Both the position numbers and the translations under genes were made by a program. Below, piece after piece: positions 54,399-63,789 of a DNA stretch of 64,000 bases. Numbering within the stretch: the stretch's first letter is position 1; each line of letters opens with the position of its first letter. The DNA is from an uncultured Candidatus Saccharibacteria bacterium (GTDB lineage: Bacteria; Patescibacteriota; Minisyncoccia; Phycocordibacterales; UBA9973): positions 43,927-107,926 of the forward strand of contig CAZADR010000001.1 of the NCBI GenBank assembly GCA_964484005.1. Reading direction: 5' to 3'. The notes below the pieces were generated by a model, which was not told the origin of the DNA, ran no database searches, and worked only from the letters and a program-made list of their open reading frames with translations.

Positions 54399-55635
54399 AA
54401 AGAAAAAAATAAAAAAAGTTTTAACAAAAAAGAAAGTAAAGAAAGTAGTTAAAAAAAATATTAAGAAAACTGTTAAGAAAAAAGCAGCTAAGGTTGTTCG
54501 TCGTGTTAAAAAAGTAGTTAAAAAAACTACTAAAAAAGTTTCAGTAAAAAAGAAAATTCTGAAGAAAAAAATAACAAAAATAATAAAAAAAAGTGTAAAG
54601 AAAGTTGTAAAAAAGAAAATACCAGCACTTCACCTAGAAAGATCCAACAGGAATCCAATCATTATTCCAGAAGAAAATCTATATTGGGAGTCTAAGGCTT
54701 CTTTTAATCCGAGTGCTTTGTACCACGACGGAAAAGTGCACATCATTTACAGAGCGATTGGGGATAGTGACATTTCTGTTTTAGGATATGCGGAAAGTAA
54801 AGATGGTTTGTTTTTTAATAAAGATTTAAAAAAATTAGCTTATTTTAGTAAGAGTAGGCAAGCAGAGAAAAGAGATCCTGCCGATAAGCTAGTAAACTAT
54901 AGCTCTGGTGGAGGGTGGGGCGGAGGATGTGAGGATCCACGCCTTACTTTGATTGGTGATAGAGTATATATGATATATACATTGTTTGACGGTTGGGGTT
55001 CTCTTCGATTGGCGCTCACTTCTATAAGTCTAGATGATTTCTTGGCCAAGCGTTTTTATTGGAAAGAGCCAGTTTTAATTTCTCCACCTAACGAAATAAA
55101 TAAAAACTGGGTTTTGTTTCCTGAAAAAATAAAAGGCAAGTATGCCATTTTACATAGTTTTGCACCCAAAATATTGATTGAATATTTTGATGATTTAAAA
55201 GAATTAAACGGTAGAAGATTTATAAAGAGTAATAACACCAGGCCCGTAGACAAAACTCGAACTTGGGACAGCTGGTTTCGGGGAGTAGGACCATCTCCAA
55301 TAAAAACAAAATATGGCTGGCTTATTATTTACCACGCCATGGATCACAAAAATCCAGATAGATATAGGATAGGAGCGATGATATTGGATACTAAAGATCC
55401 TACAAAAGTTCTTTATCGCTCCAAAGATCCAATTTTGGAACCTGAAGAGTGGTATGAGAATGAGGGCTATAAAAGAGGAGTTATTTATTCCTGTGGCGCT
55501 ATCGTAAAAGATAAAAAACTTTTTATCTACTATGGGGGTGCAGACAAGGTGTCGTGTGTCGCTACAGCTGATTTGGAAAAGTTCTTGAACGAACTCACTC
55601 ATTTTAAAGTACCAAAATTAAAAACTAAAAAATAA
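54385..55635 (+). CDS. GH130-family (DUF377, beta-mannoside phosphorylase-like) glycosidase with a lysine-rich (KKVxKK)n N-terminal extension
   Basis: NPIIIPEENLYWESKASFNPSALYHDGKVHIIYRAIGDSDISVLGYAESKDGLFF is the GH130 N-terminal signature. The first 75 aa are K-rich repeats resembling the rpoD N-terminus. Confidence 0.75.
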   Translation: MAVSKKKKIKKVLTKKKVKKVVKKNIKKTVKKKAAKVVRRVKKVVKKTTKKVSVKKKILKKKITKIIKKSVKKVVKKKIPALHLERSNRNPIIIPEENLYWESKASFNPSALYHDGKVHIIYRAIGDSDISVLGYAESKDGLFFNKDLKKLAYFSKSRQAEKRDPADKLVNYSSGGGWGGGCEDPRLTLIGDRVYMIYTLFDGWGSLRLALTSISLDDFLAKRFYWKEPVLISPPNEINKNWVLFPEKIKGKYAILHSFAPKILIEYFDDLKELNGRRFIKSNNTRPVDKTRTWDSWFRGVGPSPIKTKYGWLIIYHAMDHKNPDRYRIGAMILDTKDPTKVLYRSKDPILEPEEWYENEGYKRGVIYSCGAIVKDKKLFIYYGGADKVSCVATADLEKFLNELTHFKVPKLKTKK

Positions 55636-55649
55636 AAGTTAATTTATTT

Positions 55650-57578
55650 ATGTATGTAGTAAAAAGATCTCACCATAACCCAATTTTGAAACCCAATAAA
55701 GATAATTATTGGGAAGCATTTGCTTCTTTCAACATGAGTGTCATAAAAAAAGGTAAATCTTTTTATGGTGTTTATCGTGCTATTTCTGCTGAAGATAAAT
55801 TTATTACTCCACACCAGATCTCTGTGATAGGCATTGGTAAGTCCAAAGATGGGAGACATTTTGAGGAACGCAAGCCCTTTATCACTCCACAGGAAGAATG
55901 GGAAAAGTATGGATGTGAAGACCCCCGTATCACTTTTTTTGAAGGGAAATATTATACTTTTTATACTGCTCTTTCCAAGTATCCATTTGAGGCCAGTGGT
56001 ATAAAAGTCGCAGTTGCTATATCTAAAGATTTAAAAAAAGTTGATGAACGGCATTTGGTGACTCCATTTAACGCCAAAGCGATGACACTTTTTCCAGAAC
56101 GAGTTAATGGGAAGATTACAGTGATAGTAACCGTAAATACAGATATGCCACCTTCTAAGATTGCTATAGCTCAGGTTAAAAAAATGGAAGATCTGTGGGA
56201 CCAAAATTTTTGGAATAAATGGTATGAAAAAATAGATGAACACACTATTGATTTAAGAAGGGTAGAGACAGACCATACAGAGGTGGGTGCTACTCCTATC
56301 AAGACTTCTCGTGGTTGGCTTCTTTTGTATTCTCACATTCAACATTATTTTGGAGGTGGGGACCGTGTTTTTGGAATAGAGGGTGCTTTACTTGATTTGG
56401 ATAATCCGCTCAAGATTATTGGGCATACTCGTGGGCCGCTTTTGGTTCCAAGAGAGCCCTATGAGCTCTTGGGGCATGTCTCAGATATTGTATTTCCCAG
56501 CGGGGCAGTCTTGGAAAAAGATATGCTTTATATATATTATGGAGCAGCAGACACGACCGCCTGTATGGCACATGTAAATATAATTGACCTTGTGTCTACC
56601 ATGAGAAAAGAGACAGCCTCCAATTGGCATTTTCTTCGCTCTTTAAACAATCCTATTATTACTCCAGATAGAAATCATCCATGGGAATCTAAGGCAACTT
56701 TTAACCCAGCAACTTTGCGTATACGAAACACAACTCATATTTTGTATCGTGCTTTGTCCGATGATAATACTTCTTCTATTGGTTATGCATCAACTAAAGA
56801 TGGTTTTTTTATAGATAAAAGAGAGGAGACCCCTGCTTATGTCCCTAGAGAGGATTTTGAATTAAAAAAAGTGGCAGGAGGCAATTCTGGCTGTGAAGAT
56901 CCTCGTTTAACTAAAATTGGAAAGACTATCTATATGTGTTATACCGCTTTTGATGGCATAGGCCCACCTAGGGTGGCTGTCACTTCTATCTCAGAGAAAA
57001 ATTTTTTAGAGAAAAATTGGAAATGGGAAAAACCAGTCCTTGTTACTCCGGCTGGTTTTGACGATAAGGATACCTGTATTTTTCCTGAAAAAACTAATGG
57101 TAAATATTTTATTTTACACAGAGTTGGAGATGAGATGTGTGGTGATTATTTAAAATCACTTAGTTTTAAAACAGAAACAGTCAAGAAATGTATCAGAATC
57201 ATGGGACCAAGAGCAAACTCTTGGGATAGCGCAAAAGTCGGAATTTCGGCTCCACCAATAAAAACAAAACATGGTTGGTTGCTCTTATATCATGGAGTTT
57301 CCAAAACTAGTTCTACTTATCGTATTGGAGCAGTGCTTCTAGATATAAATGATCCAGCAATTGTGTTGGCTCGAACCACTGACCCTATATTTGAACCAGA
57401 AGAACCATACGAAAAGAATGGCATAGTAAATAATGTCGTATTTCCATGTGGAATGATTGAAAAAAATGGCTTTTTATATATATATTATGGGGGTGCAGAT
57501 ACTGTTGTCGGAGTTGCCACTATTGATATGGATATCGTGATAAGAGCGTTGACCAGAAATCTAAAAAACAAGAAGTAA
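55650..57578 (+). CDS. Protein with two tandem GH130-family domains
   Basis: NPILKPNKDNYWEAFASFN...YRAI...IGIGKSKDGRHF, and again NPIITPDRNHPWESKATFNPATL...YRALSDDNTSSIGYASTKDGFF. Confidence 0.75.
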   Translation: MYVVKRSHHNPILKPNKDNYWEAFASFNMSVIKKGKSFYGVYRAISAEDKFITPHQISVIGIGKSKDGRHFEERKPFITPQEEWEKYGCEDPRITFFEGKYYTFYTALSKYPFEASGIKVAVAISKDLKKVDERHLVTPFNAKAMTLFPERVNGKITVIVTVNTDMPPSKIAIAQVKKMEDLWDQNFWNKWYEKIDEHTIDLRRVETDHTEVGATPIKTSRGWLLLYSHIQHYFGGGDRVFGIEGALLDLDNPLKIIGHTRGPLLVPREPYELLGHVSDIVFPSGAVLEKDMLYIYYGAADTTACMAHVNIIDLVSTMRKETASNWHFLRSLNNPIITPDRNHPWESKATFNPATLRIRNTTHILYRALSDDNTSSIGYASTKDGFFIDKREETPAYVPREDFELKKVAGGNSGCEDPRLTKIGKTIYMCYTAFDGIGPPRVAVTSISEKNFLEKNWKWEKPVLVTPAGFDDKDTCIFPEKTNGKYFILHRVGDEMCGDYLKSLSFKTETVKKCIRIMGPRANSWDSAKVGISAPPIKTKHGWLLLYHGVSKTSSTYRIGAVLLDINDPAIVLARTTDPIFEPEEPYEKNGIVNNVVFPCGMIEKNGFLYIYYGGADTVVGVATIDMDIVIRALTRNLKNKK

Positions 57579-57591
57579 TTATCTTTGTTTT

Positions 57592-58866
57592 TTAGATTTG
57601 AGAAATATCTCTGGGTGAAAAAAGATTGATGGTCCAATCTAGGGCTACTCTTATTTTCTTTCTCCACGAAAGAAGCTTGAAAAGATAAATAGTTCTCCAG
57701 AGCCACCAGGTAATGTGTCCAGAAAAAGTGAAATTTGATATTTCTCCGATAGCCATCCAGCGTCCAATAGATAAAAGATTCCCTGAATTTTTATAAATAA
57801 ATCTTTCTGGTCTTTGGTTTTTTATTAAGAGCTCAATATTTTTGACTACAGCCTTGGCTTCTTTTTCAGCTACTTGGGCGAGGGCGGGTAGGGGTCTTTT
57901 GTTTTGTTCAAAAAAAGCCACATCTCCAATAGCAAAGACTTCTTTTTGGTCTTCTAATTGTAAATATTCATTTACTATAAGTCTGCCGTCTGGAGATTTT
58001 AAGACTTCCTGATTAAATTTTAATTCTCTTGGTTTTACACCAGCTACCCAAATAACAGTATTGGTAAATATTTTTTTACCTGCCCCGTAGGGAGTAATCT
58101 TTCCTTTGGGGTTTTCTCCTACCATAATATAAGAATCTGCTACTTCTATGACTTCGTTATTTAGCATCACCTCAATCCCTTTTTTCTGAAGTACTTCTAG
58201 GCTTTTCTTTTGTGCCTTTTCTCCAAAAGAGGGAATTAGTTCTCCTGTTTTTTGTATTAAGACAATTGAGATATCTTCCATAACTTCTTTTGTGTAATAA
58301 TGAGAAAAACTTTCTTTAATTAGTTCTTCCAGCTCGGCCGCTAGCTCTACTCCCGTAGGCCCACCTCCGACAATCACAAACTTTAACATTCTTTTTCTTT
58401 CTTCTCTGTCTTTAATCTGTGAAGCTTTTTCAACTTGTTTGATGCAGTGGTGTTTTATTTTTATTGCATCTTCTATATTTTTTAGCGTAAAAGAATATTC
58501 TTCTGCGCCTTTTGTGTCGTAAAAATTGGTTTCGGCTCCGGGTGCCAAGATTAGGTAATCATAATTTACTGTCGTATCGTTTACTTTGACTGTATGGTTT
58601 TCAAAGTTTATAAACTCCGCCTTACCTAAATAAAAATTCTTTAGACAACAGCCTAAAACTTTTCGAATAGGTTCTATTATATTTACGGGGTTTATCCCGC
58701 CAGTAGCTACCTCGTGTAAAAGCGGAGTAAACAGAAAATGGTCTTTTTCTCCTACCATTGAGAGTTCTATTTGTTTATTTTTGTCGAATAGTTTATGTAG
58801 ATTTCTAAGGGTATATACACCACCAAAACCATTACCGATTATGAGTATTTTTATGGGTTTTACCAT
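57592..58866 (-). CDS. ndh: Type II NADH dehydrogenase (NDH-2), FAD-dependent pyridine-nucleotide-disulfide oxidoreductase
   Basis: ILIIGNGFGGVY (GxGxxG), a second VIVGGGPTGVE Rossmann motif, and a C-terminal membrane-anchoring region. Confidence 0.8.
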   Translation of the reverse strand: MVKPIKILIIGNGFGGVYTLRNLHKLFDKNKQIELSMVGEKDHFLFTPLLHEVATGGINPVNIIEPIRKVLGCCLKNFYLGKAEFINFENHTVKVNDTTVNYDYLILAPGAETNFYDTKGAEEYSFTLKNIEDAIKIKHHCIKQVEKASQIKDREERKRMLKFVIVGGGPTGVELAAELEELIKESFSHYYTKEVMEDISIVLIQKTGELIPSFGEKAQKKSLEVLQKKGIEVMLNNEVIEVADSYIMVGENPKGKITPYGAGKKIFTNTVIWVAGVKPRELKFNQEVLKSPDGRLIVNEYLQLEDQKEVFAIGDVAFFEQNKRPLPALAQVAEKEAKAVVKNIELLIKNQRPERFIYKNSGNLLSIGRWMAIGEISNFTFSGHITWWLWRTIYLFKLLSWRKKIRVALDWTINLFSPRDISQI

Positions 58867-58925
58867 GGGTTTATTATATCAAAAAATGGGTTTTTGTTGC
58901 TAAAAAAACATGTTATAATGTAGGT

Positions 58926-59321
58926 ATGCAAATAAATTTACAGGGTAAGAATTTTGAATTAACAGATGCTATCAAGGATTATGTTTTAAAAAGAGTAACC
59001 AATCTAGAAAAATTACTTTCAAGCATAGAGGAAAAAGGCGGAGAAGTGTTGGTAAACTTTGAGGTTGGTAAAAGCACCAATCACCATAAATCAGGAGATG
59101 TTTTTCATGCAGATTGTTTGATTAATATAAATGGTGAGAAGTTTTATTCTAGTTCAGACCAAGAAGATATTTATCCAGCTATCGATGAGATTAAAGAGAC
59201 TCTCTTTAATGAAATTAGAAAAAACAAAGATCGCAAACAAACTTTGTTTAAGCGCGGAGCAGCGAGTGTAAAGAAAATGTTAAAAGGTCTTTCTGGTAGA
59301 AACCCTTTTACTTCTAAATAG
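58926..59321 (+). CDS. hpf: Ribosome hibernation promoting factor / RaiA family
   Basis: MQINLQGKNFELTDAIKDYVLKRV is the HPF N-terminal signature. Confidence 0.85.
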   Translation: MQINLQGKNFELTDAIKDYVLKRVTNLEKLLSSIEEKGGEVLVNFEVGKSTNHHKSGDVFHADCLININGEKFYSSSDQEDIYPAIDEIKETLFNEIRKNKDRKQTLFKRGAASVKKMLKGLSGRNPFTSK

Positions 59322-60195
59322 TATTCTTTAGAAAATCTTCGTATTTTTTTTCTTTTTTACCCTCAGGGAGAACTTTTTTGATTATAAATTGCTCGTTTTT
59401 CAATACTGCATCAGTAATGATTATTCTTTTGTCATTTACAAAAAAGAATGTTCGGGGCCAGGTGGAGTAAGCTCTGAACTTATTATAGTTTAATTTTGCA
59501 TCAGCGTTTAAGTCTATCAAGCCGTCTTCTTTTTTTATTTTTTTACAAAAAGTAGCCCGTGTCTCGTCTTGGGCAACAGGTACAATTTTTCCATTTATAA
59601 AGTCTGGTAAAATCCTTAGCAACAATTCTCCGCCAATCTTTATCAATCTTTCGCGGAACTCGGAAGCTTTTTCTTCTGGGAAAATATCTACTTCTTCTGT
59701 TCCAATAATTGGCCCAGAGTCCATCTTATATTCCATCTTTTGGATAGTGATTCCTGTCTCTGTGTCGCCGTTTAGAATTGCAGACTCTACTGGGGATGCT
59801 CCGCGGTATCTAGGGAGAAGGGAATAGTGGATGTTTATAGAGCCGAGCTTGGGCATATTTATTATTTCTTCAGGTATTATTTTTCCGTAAGCGACGACCA
59901 AGAAGAAATCTATGTTTCCCCCAAAGAAGGACTTCGGGGAGTTTCCCCGAAGTCCTTCTTTGGGGATGTGATCTTTTAATGTTTCTGGCTGAATGTAGGG
60001 AATGTTGTTTTCTTGTGCCCAGACTTTGACAGGAGGGGGAGTTAGGAGCATCTTACGGCCCTGGGGCTTGTCTGGTGAAGTAATAATGAGTGATGGCATA
60101 TATCCATTTTCTTTTAGAATATCTAGGGTTTTAGAGGCCACATCTGGAGTACCCCAAAACACAAAATTTAATTTTTTAGTTGTTTTATCCATCAT
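59314..60195 (-). CDS. fmt: Methionyl-tRNA formyltransferase
   Basis: FVFWGTPDVASKTLDIL, a SLLPRYRGASP-like motif, and position downstream of def. Confidence 0.9.
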   Translation of the reverse strand: MMDKTTKKLNFVFWGTPDVASKTLDILKENGYMPSLIITSPDKPQGRKMLLTPPPVKVWAQENNIPYIQPETLKDHIPKEGLRGNSPKSFFGGNIDFFLVVAYGKIIPEEIINMPKLGSINIHYSLLPRYRGASPVESAILNGDTETGITIQKMEYKMDSGPIIGTEEVDIFPEEKASEFRERLIKIGGELLLRILPDFINGKIVPVAQDETRATFCKKIKKEDGLIDLNADAKLNYNKFRAYSTWPRTFFFVNDKRIIITDAVLKNEQFIIKKVLPEGKKEKKYEDFLKNTI

Positions 60196-60198
60196 AAA

Positions 60199-60759
60199 TT
60201 ATTTTACTTGAGGTAATTCTTCCCGTATATCTTTTGCGTGGTCTGTAAATAAGACACCGTCCAGGTGATCAGTTTCGTGTTGAAAGATTTGTGCTAAAAG
60301 CCCAGAAGCTCCTCTGGTAAACTTTTTACCAGTTTCATCATAAGCAGACACTGTGGCTTTTTTTGATCTATGTGTTTTACCATAGAGCCACCTTACAGAG
60401 AGACAGCCCTCTGGCACCCATTCTTTGTCTCTGGAGAGTTTGGAAATCTTCGGATTGATAAAAACCATATCTTTTATTTCCTCTTTCTTTTCTTTTTCAG
60501 TTATATTATTTTCATTCAACGATATTTCTTCTCTATTTTTACCAAAGTTTTTATCAAATATTTTTCCTGAGACAACAAAAATACGAAGGGCATAGCCTAT
60601 CTGTGGAGCTGCGATAGCTACTCCATCATCTTGGCTTTTTAAAGCATCTGACATTTCTTTTAAAATTGTTTTTATTTTTTTTGTTTTAATATCAGAAACA
60701 AGCACCTCTTCCGCTATTTGGTGTAATACTTTTTCTTTTTGTTGAAGAATTTTCTTCAT
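60199..60759 (-). CDS. def: Peptide deformylase (with an internal K/E-rich insertion)
   Basis: GIAAPQIG, EGCLSV and HETDHLDG motifs. Confidence 0.9.
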   Translation of the reverse strand: MKKILQQKEKVLHQIAEEVLVSDIKTKKIKTILKEMSDALKSQDDGVAIAAPQIGYALRIFVVSGKIFDKNFGKNREEISLNENNITEKEKKEEIKDMVFINPKISKLSRDKEWVPEGCLSVRWLYGKTHRSKKATVSAYDETGKKFTRGASGLLAQIFQHETDHLDGVLFTDHAKDIREELPQVK

Positions 60760-60765
60760 TGTTTT

Positions 60766-62079
60766 TTATTTAAGCTCTTTTAAATATTCCAAAAGCTTGT
60801 TTAGTTTTACTGTGTCTTGAGATCTATTGGACATATCTCTCACTATTACTGCATTATCAATTGCTTCTTTTACTCCAAAGATAATAGCATAGGGGATAGC
60901 GAGCTTTTCTGCAATGGCTAATTGTGAGCCGAGGCTGTCTTTAGAAAGAGATTGGGCTATGGGGATATGTGCCTTGCGTAATATTTCTATTATATTTAAG
61001 CTTTTTAGTTTAGCTTCGGAGCCAAGTTGAATAAAATATATTTTAGGTTTCTTTAATATGCGTGGTGAAAGTTTTTTATACCAGTTTGATTCTACTATTC
61101 TATCTACTCCCATGGAAAAGCCAACAGCAGGTACATCTTTTTTACCTCCTACTTGTTTGGCTAGGTAGTCGTATCTTCCACCAGAGGCGATCTGAGTAGG
61201 CAAGCCTCCATCTTCTCCGCTTCCGTTGTCTGTGTAAACTTCAAAAACAGTACGAGTGTAATAAGAGAGTCCTCTCACTAAGTTTTTATTGATGTTGTAA
61301 TTTATACCCATTTCTTCTAAATATTCCAATACTTCCTTGAAATGTTTTTTACAAGAAGCACACAAGAAAGAAATTGCATCTGGTGCATTTTCGTTTATTT
61401 CTTTTGTCTTTTCTTCTTTGGAGTCTAGGATGCGAAGGGGATTGGTCTTGAGCCTTTCTCGGTCTATGGCTGGTAAGCTGCTAAGGTGTTTTCTGTAGTA
61501 ACCAGTAAGTTCTTTTATGTATCCACCTCTGCATTCTTTGTCTCCTATTGAGTTTATGTCTATGGTGAGGTTAGTAGCTCCTGCTTCCTCTAAGATACTC
61601 ATACCTGCTTTTATAACCAACGCATCCATTATACTTTTGTCGTTTCCGAGAACATCTAAATCAAATTGCCAAAACTGTCGGTATCGTCCTCGTTGAGGCT
61701 TGTCATGTCTAAAAACAGGACCGTATTGGTAAAACATTACAGGTTGCGGCATAGTTTGCATGCCGTGTTCAATATAGGCACGCATAAGAGGTGCGGTGTG
61801 TTCTGGTCTGAGAGCTAGGTGATCTCCACCCTTAGTTTTTAGAGTGTACATTTCTTTATCTACAATATCTGTTCCTGCACCAATACTTCCCGTTAGGATT
61901 TCTTCATTTTCTAATATAGGAGTTTCGATGGGTTTAAATCCATAGTAAACGGCTACTTCTTGCGCTTTTTCAAAAAATCCTTGGAAAGCATAGTATTGTT
62001 CGTTCATTAAGTCCCTCATCCCTTTTGGTGATGCTACTTCTGCTCCCTTATTTTTATTTGAATGCGTTGTTTTTTTCAT
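60766..62079 (-). CDS. hisS: Histidyl-tRNA synthetase
   Basis: PKGMRDL, KEMYTLKTKGGDHLALRPEHTAP, GGRYD and GFSMGVDR motifs. Confidence 0.9.
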   Translation of the reverse strand: MKKTTHSNKNKGAEVASPKGMRDLMNEQYYAFQGFFEKAQEVAVYYGFKPIETPILENEEILTGSIGAGTDIVDKEMYTLKTKGGDHLALRPEHTAPLMRAYIEHGMQTMPQPVMFYQYGPVFRHDKPQRGRYRQFWQFDLDVLGNDKSIMDALVIKAGMSILEEAGATNLTIDINSIGDKECRGGYIKELTGYYRKHLSSLPAIDRERLKTNPLRILDSKEEKTKEINENAPDAISFLCASCKKHFKEVLEYLEEMGINYNINKNLVRGLSYYTRTVFEVYTDNGSGEDGGLPTQIASGGRYDYLAKQVGGKKDVPAVGFSMGVDRIVESNWYKKLSPRILKKPKIYFIQLGSEAKLKSLNIIEILRKAHIPIAQSLSKDSLGSQLAIAEKLAIPYAIIFGVKEAIDNAVIVRDMSNRSQDTVKLNKLLEYLKELK

Positions 62080-62087
62080 TTTTTATT

Positions 62088-62636
62088 TTATTGTTTATAA
62101 TCTCCAGGCAAAACATCTATATTACTGATAGGCAATAAACGTAAGAATGCTTTTCCTGAAATAAGGTTCATTTTTACTGCTCCCCAATATCTGGAATCTG
62201 AGCTGGCACTTCGGTTGTCTCCCATTACAAAAAATTCATCTTCTTTTAAAACAAAATGTGTATCGTTGTTGCCTATATTTTTAACATAAGGTTCTGTGAG
62301 AACAAAACCTTCTTTTTGATCGGCATTAGTGATGGTCACCATGTTGCCCTTGATATCTATGGTTTCATTTGGTAAGCCGATTATTCTTTTTATAAAGAAT
62401 TTGGTTGTGTCACCAGGATACCTAAATACCACAACATCATCTCTTTTTGGATCAGTTAATTTGTAAGATATTTTATCTACTATCAAATAATCACCGTTTT
62501 CAAACGTTGGTACCATTGAAGAACCTGAGACCACAAATGGCTCAGCTACCAAAACACGAATAGGTATGACGATAATAAGCGCGATTATAGCAAAACGCAC
62601 GAGTTCCCAAAACGATTGTCCTTTTGTTTGTTCCAT
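62088..62636 (-). CDS. lepB: Signal peptidase I
   Basis: SGSSMVPT (Ser box), KRIIGLPNE (Lys box) and GDNRSASSDSRYWG. Confidence 0.85.
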   Translation of the reverse strand: MEQTKGQSFWELVRFAIIALIIVIPIRVLVAEPFVVSGSSMVPTFENGDYLIVDKISYKLTDPKRDDVVVFRYPGDTTKFFIKRIIGLPNETIDIKGNMVTITNADQKEGFVLTEPYVKNIGNNDTHFVLKEDEFFVMGDNRSASSDSRYWGAVKMNLISGKAFLRLLPISNIDVLPGDYKQ

Positions 62637-62698
62637 GCTTATAATATAACATAAAAAACTCTTGACAGCATGTCACAGATTGTTTTGTAATAAATAAC

Positions 62699-62744
62699 CC
62701 CCCGCACCAGGTGAAGGGGAATTCCCCTTCACCTGGTGCGGGGG
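62699..62744. repeat. Perfect 46-bp GC-rich palindrome (23-bp arms) centred on GAATTC, in the divergent lepB/pth intergenic region
   Basis: cccccgcaccaggtgaaggggaa | ttccccttcacctggtgcggggg. No mismatches across the arms. Confidence 0.9.
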
Positions 62745-62770
62745 AGCGTCTGTGTGTTATTATTCATTCT

Positions 62771-63310
62771 ATGAAATTAGTTGTTGGATTAGGAAATCCT
62801 GGAGAAGAATATGAAAACACAAGGCACAATACGGGGCGTATTTTAGTTGATTTAGTGGAGAAAAAAATAGAACAAAACAACAGTAAGCTTAAAATAAAAT
62901 TTCTAAAACCAGATACTTTTATGAATCATTCTGGTAAAGCTGTGGCTCCTTTTATAAAAACAAAAAAAGATTTAGAAAATCTGGTTGTGATTTATGATGA
63001 CATAGATTTACCACTTGGAAAAATAAAGATTTCCTTCAATCGTTCTTCGGGTGGACACAACGGACTTGGCTCTATAATCAAGGCTTTGAAAAGCGAAGAA
63101 TTTTTGCGTATTAGAGTCGGTATTGCACCTGCGACTCCGTCTGGAAAACTAAAAAAGCCATCAGGTGAGAAAGCTGTATTAAATTTCTTATTGGGTGAAT
63201 TCAAAAAACCAGAATTAGAAACAATTAAGAAACTTTCCAAAACAGTTGCTCTTGCTGTAGAAACTATTTTTTCTGAGAGCAAAGAGAAAGCGATGTCACT
63301 TTATAATTAG
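62771..63310 (+). CDS. pth: Peptidyl-tRNA hydrolase (start moved to MKLVVGLGNPG; the longer ORF reads through the palindrome)
   Basis: MKLVVGLGNPGEEYENTRHNTG and FMNHSGKAV are Pth signatures. Confidence 0.9.
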   Translation: MKLVVGLGNPGEEYENTRHNTGRILVDLVEKKIEQNNSKLKIKFLKPDTFMNHSGKAVAPFIKTKKDLENLVVIYDDIDLPLGKIKISFNRSSGGHNGLGSIIKALKSEEFLRIRVGIAPATPSGKLKKPSGEKAVLNFLLGEFKKPELETIKKLSKTVALAVETIFSESKEKAMSLYN

Positions 63311-63315
63311 ATTTC

Positions 63316-63789
63316 ATGAAAGATCCCCAAAAGACACTTAATTGGATTGTTGATATTTTTAAGAAAAATAATATACCTTTTGTTATTACTGGTGGTCTCG
63401 CGGCAAAAAGCTATGGATCACCAAGAGAATTAAATGATATTGATATAGATATTCATGATAAAGATTTGTATTTAATTTCTGAACAGGTTAAACCTTATAT
63501 TGTTTTTGGTCCAAAAAAATACAAAGATGAACGATGGGACTTATTGCTTTTGATGTTAAATCATGAAGGACAAGATATAGATATTAGTGGTGGAGATACT
63601 TTAAAAATATGTGATGCGAGATCTGGGGAATGGGAAGTTGATACAACTGATTTTTCTGATGTTGAAAAAAGAGACATTTTTGGAATTCAAGTTCCAGTAA
63701 TATCCAAAAAAAGACTTATTGATTACAAATCTATGTTAGTTGGAGAACACCAAAAAATAGATATTAAAGCGATAGGTGAATGTAAATAA
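63316..63789 (+). CDS. Nucleotidyltransferase-fold protein (ANT(2'')-like / MJ1651-like), uncharacterised
   Basis: ITGGLAAKSYGSPRELNDIDIDI resembles the GG.A....G..R...D.D nucleotidyltransferase motif. Confidence 0.45.
   Translation: MKDPQKTLNWIVDIFKKNNIPFVITGGLAAKSYGSPRELNDIDIDIHDKDLYLISEQVKPYIVFGPKKYKDERWDLLLLMLNHEGQDIDISGGDTLKICDARSGEWEVDTTDFSDVEKRDIFGIQVPVISKKRLIDYKSMLVGEHQKIDIKAIGECK

Noticed and set aside
62711-62770. N-terminal extension of pth (MKGNSPSPGAGERLCVIIHS...) from the longest ORF
   Set aside because: The extension is simply the translation of the 46-bp palindrome. The conserved Pth N-terminus begins at MKLVVGLGNPG (62771).
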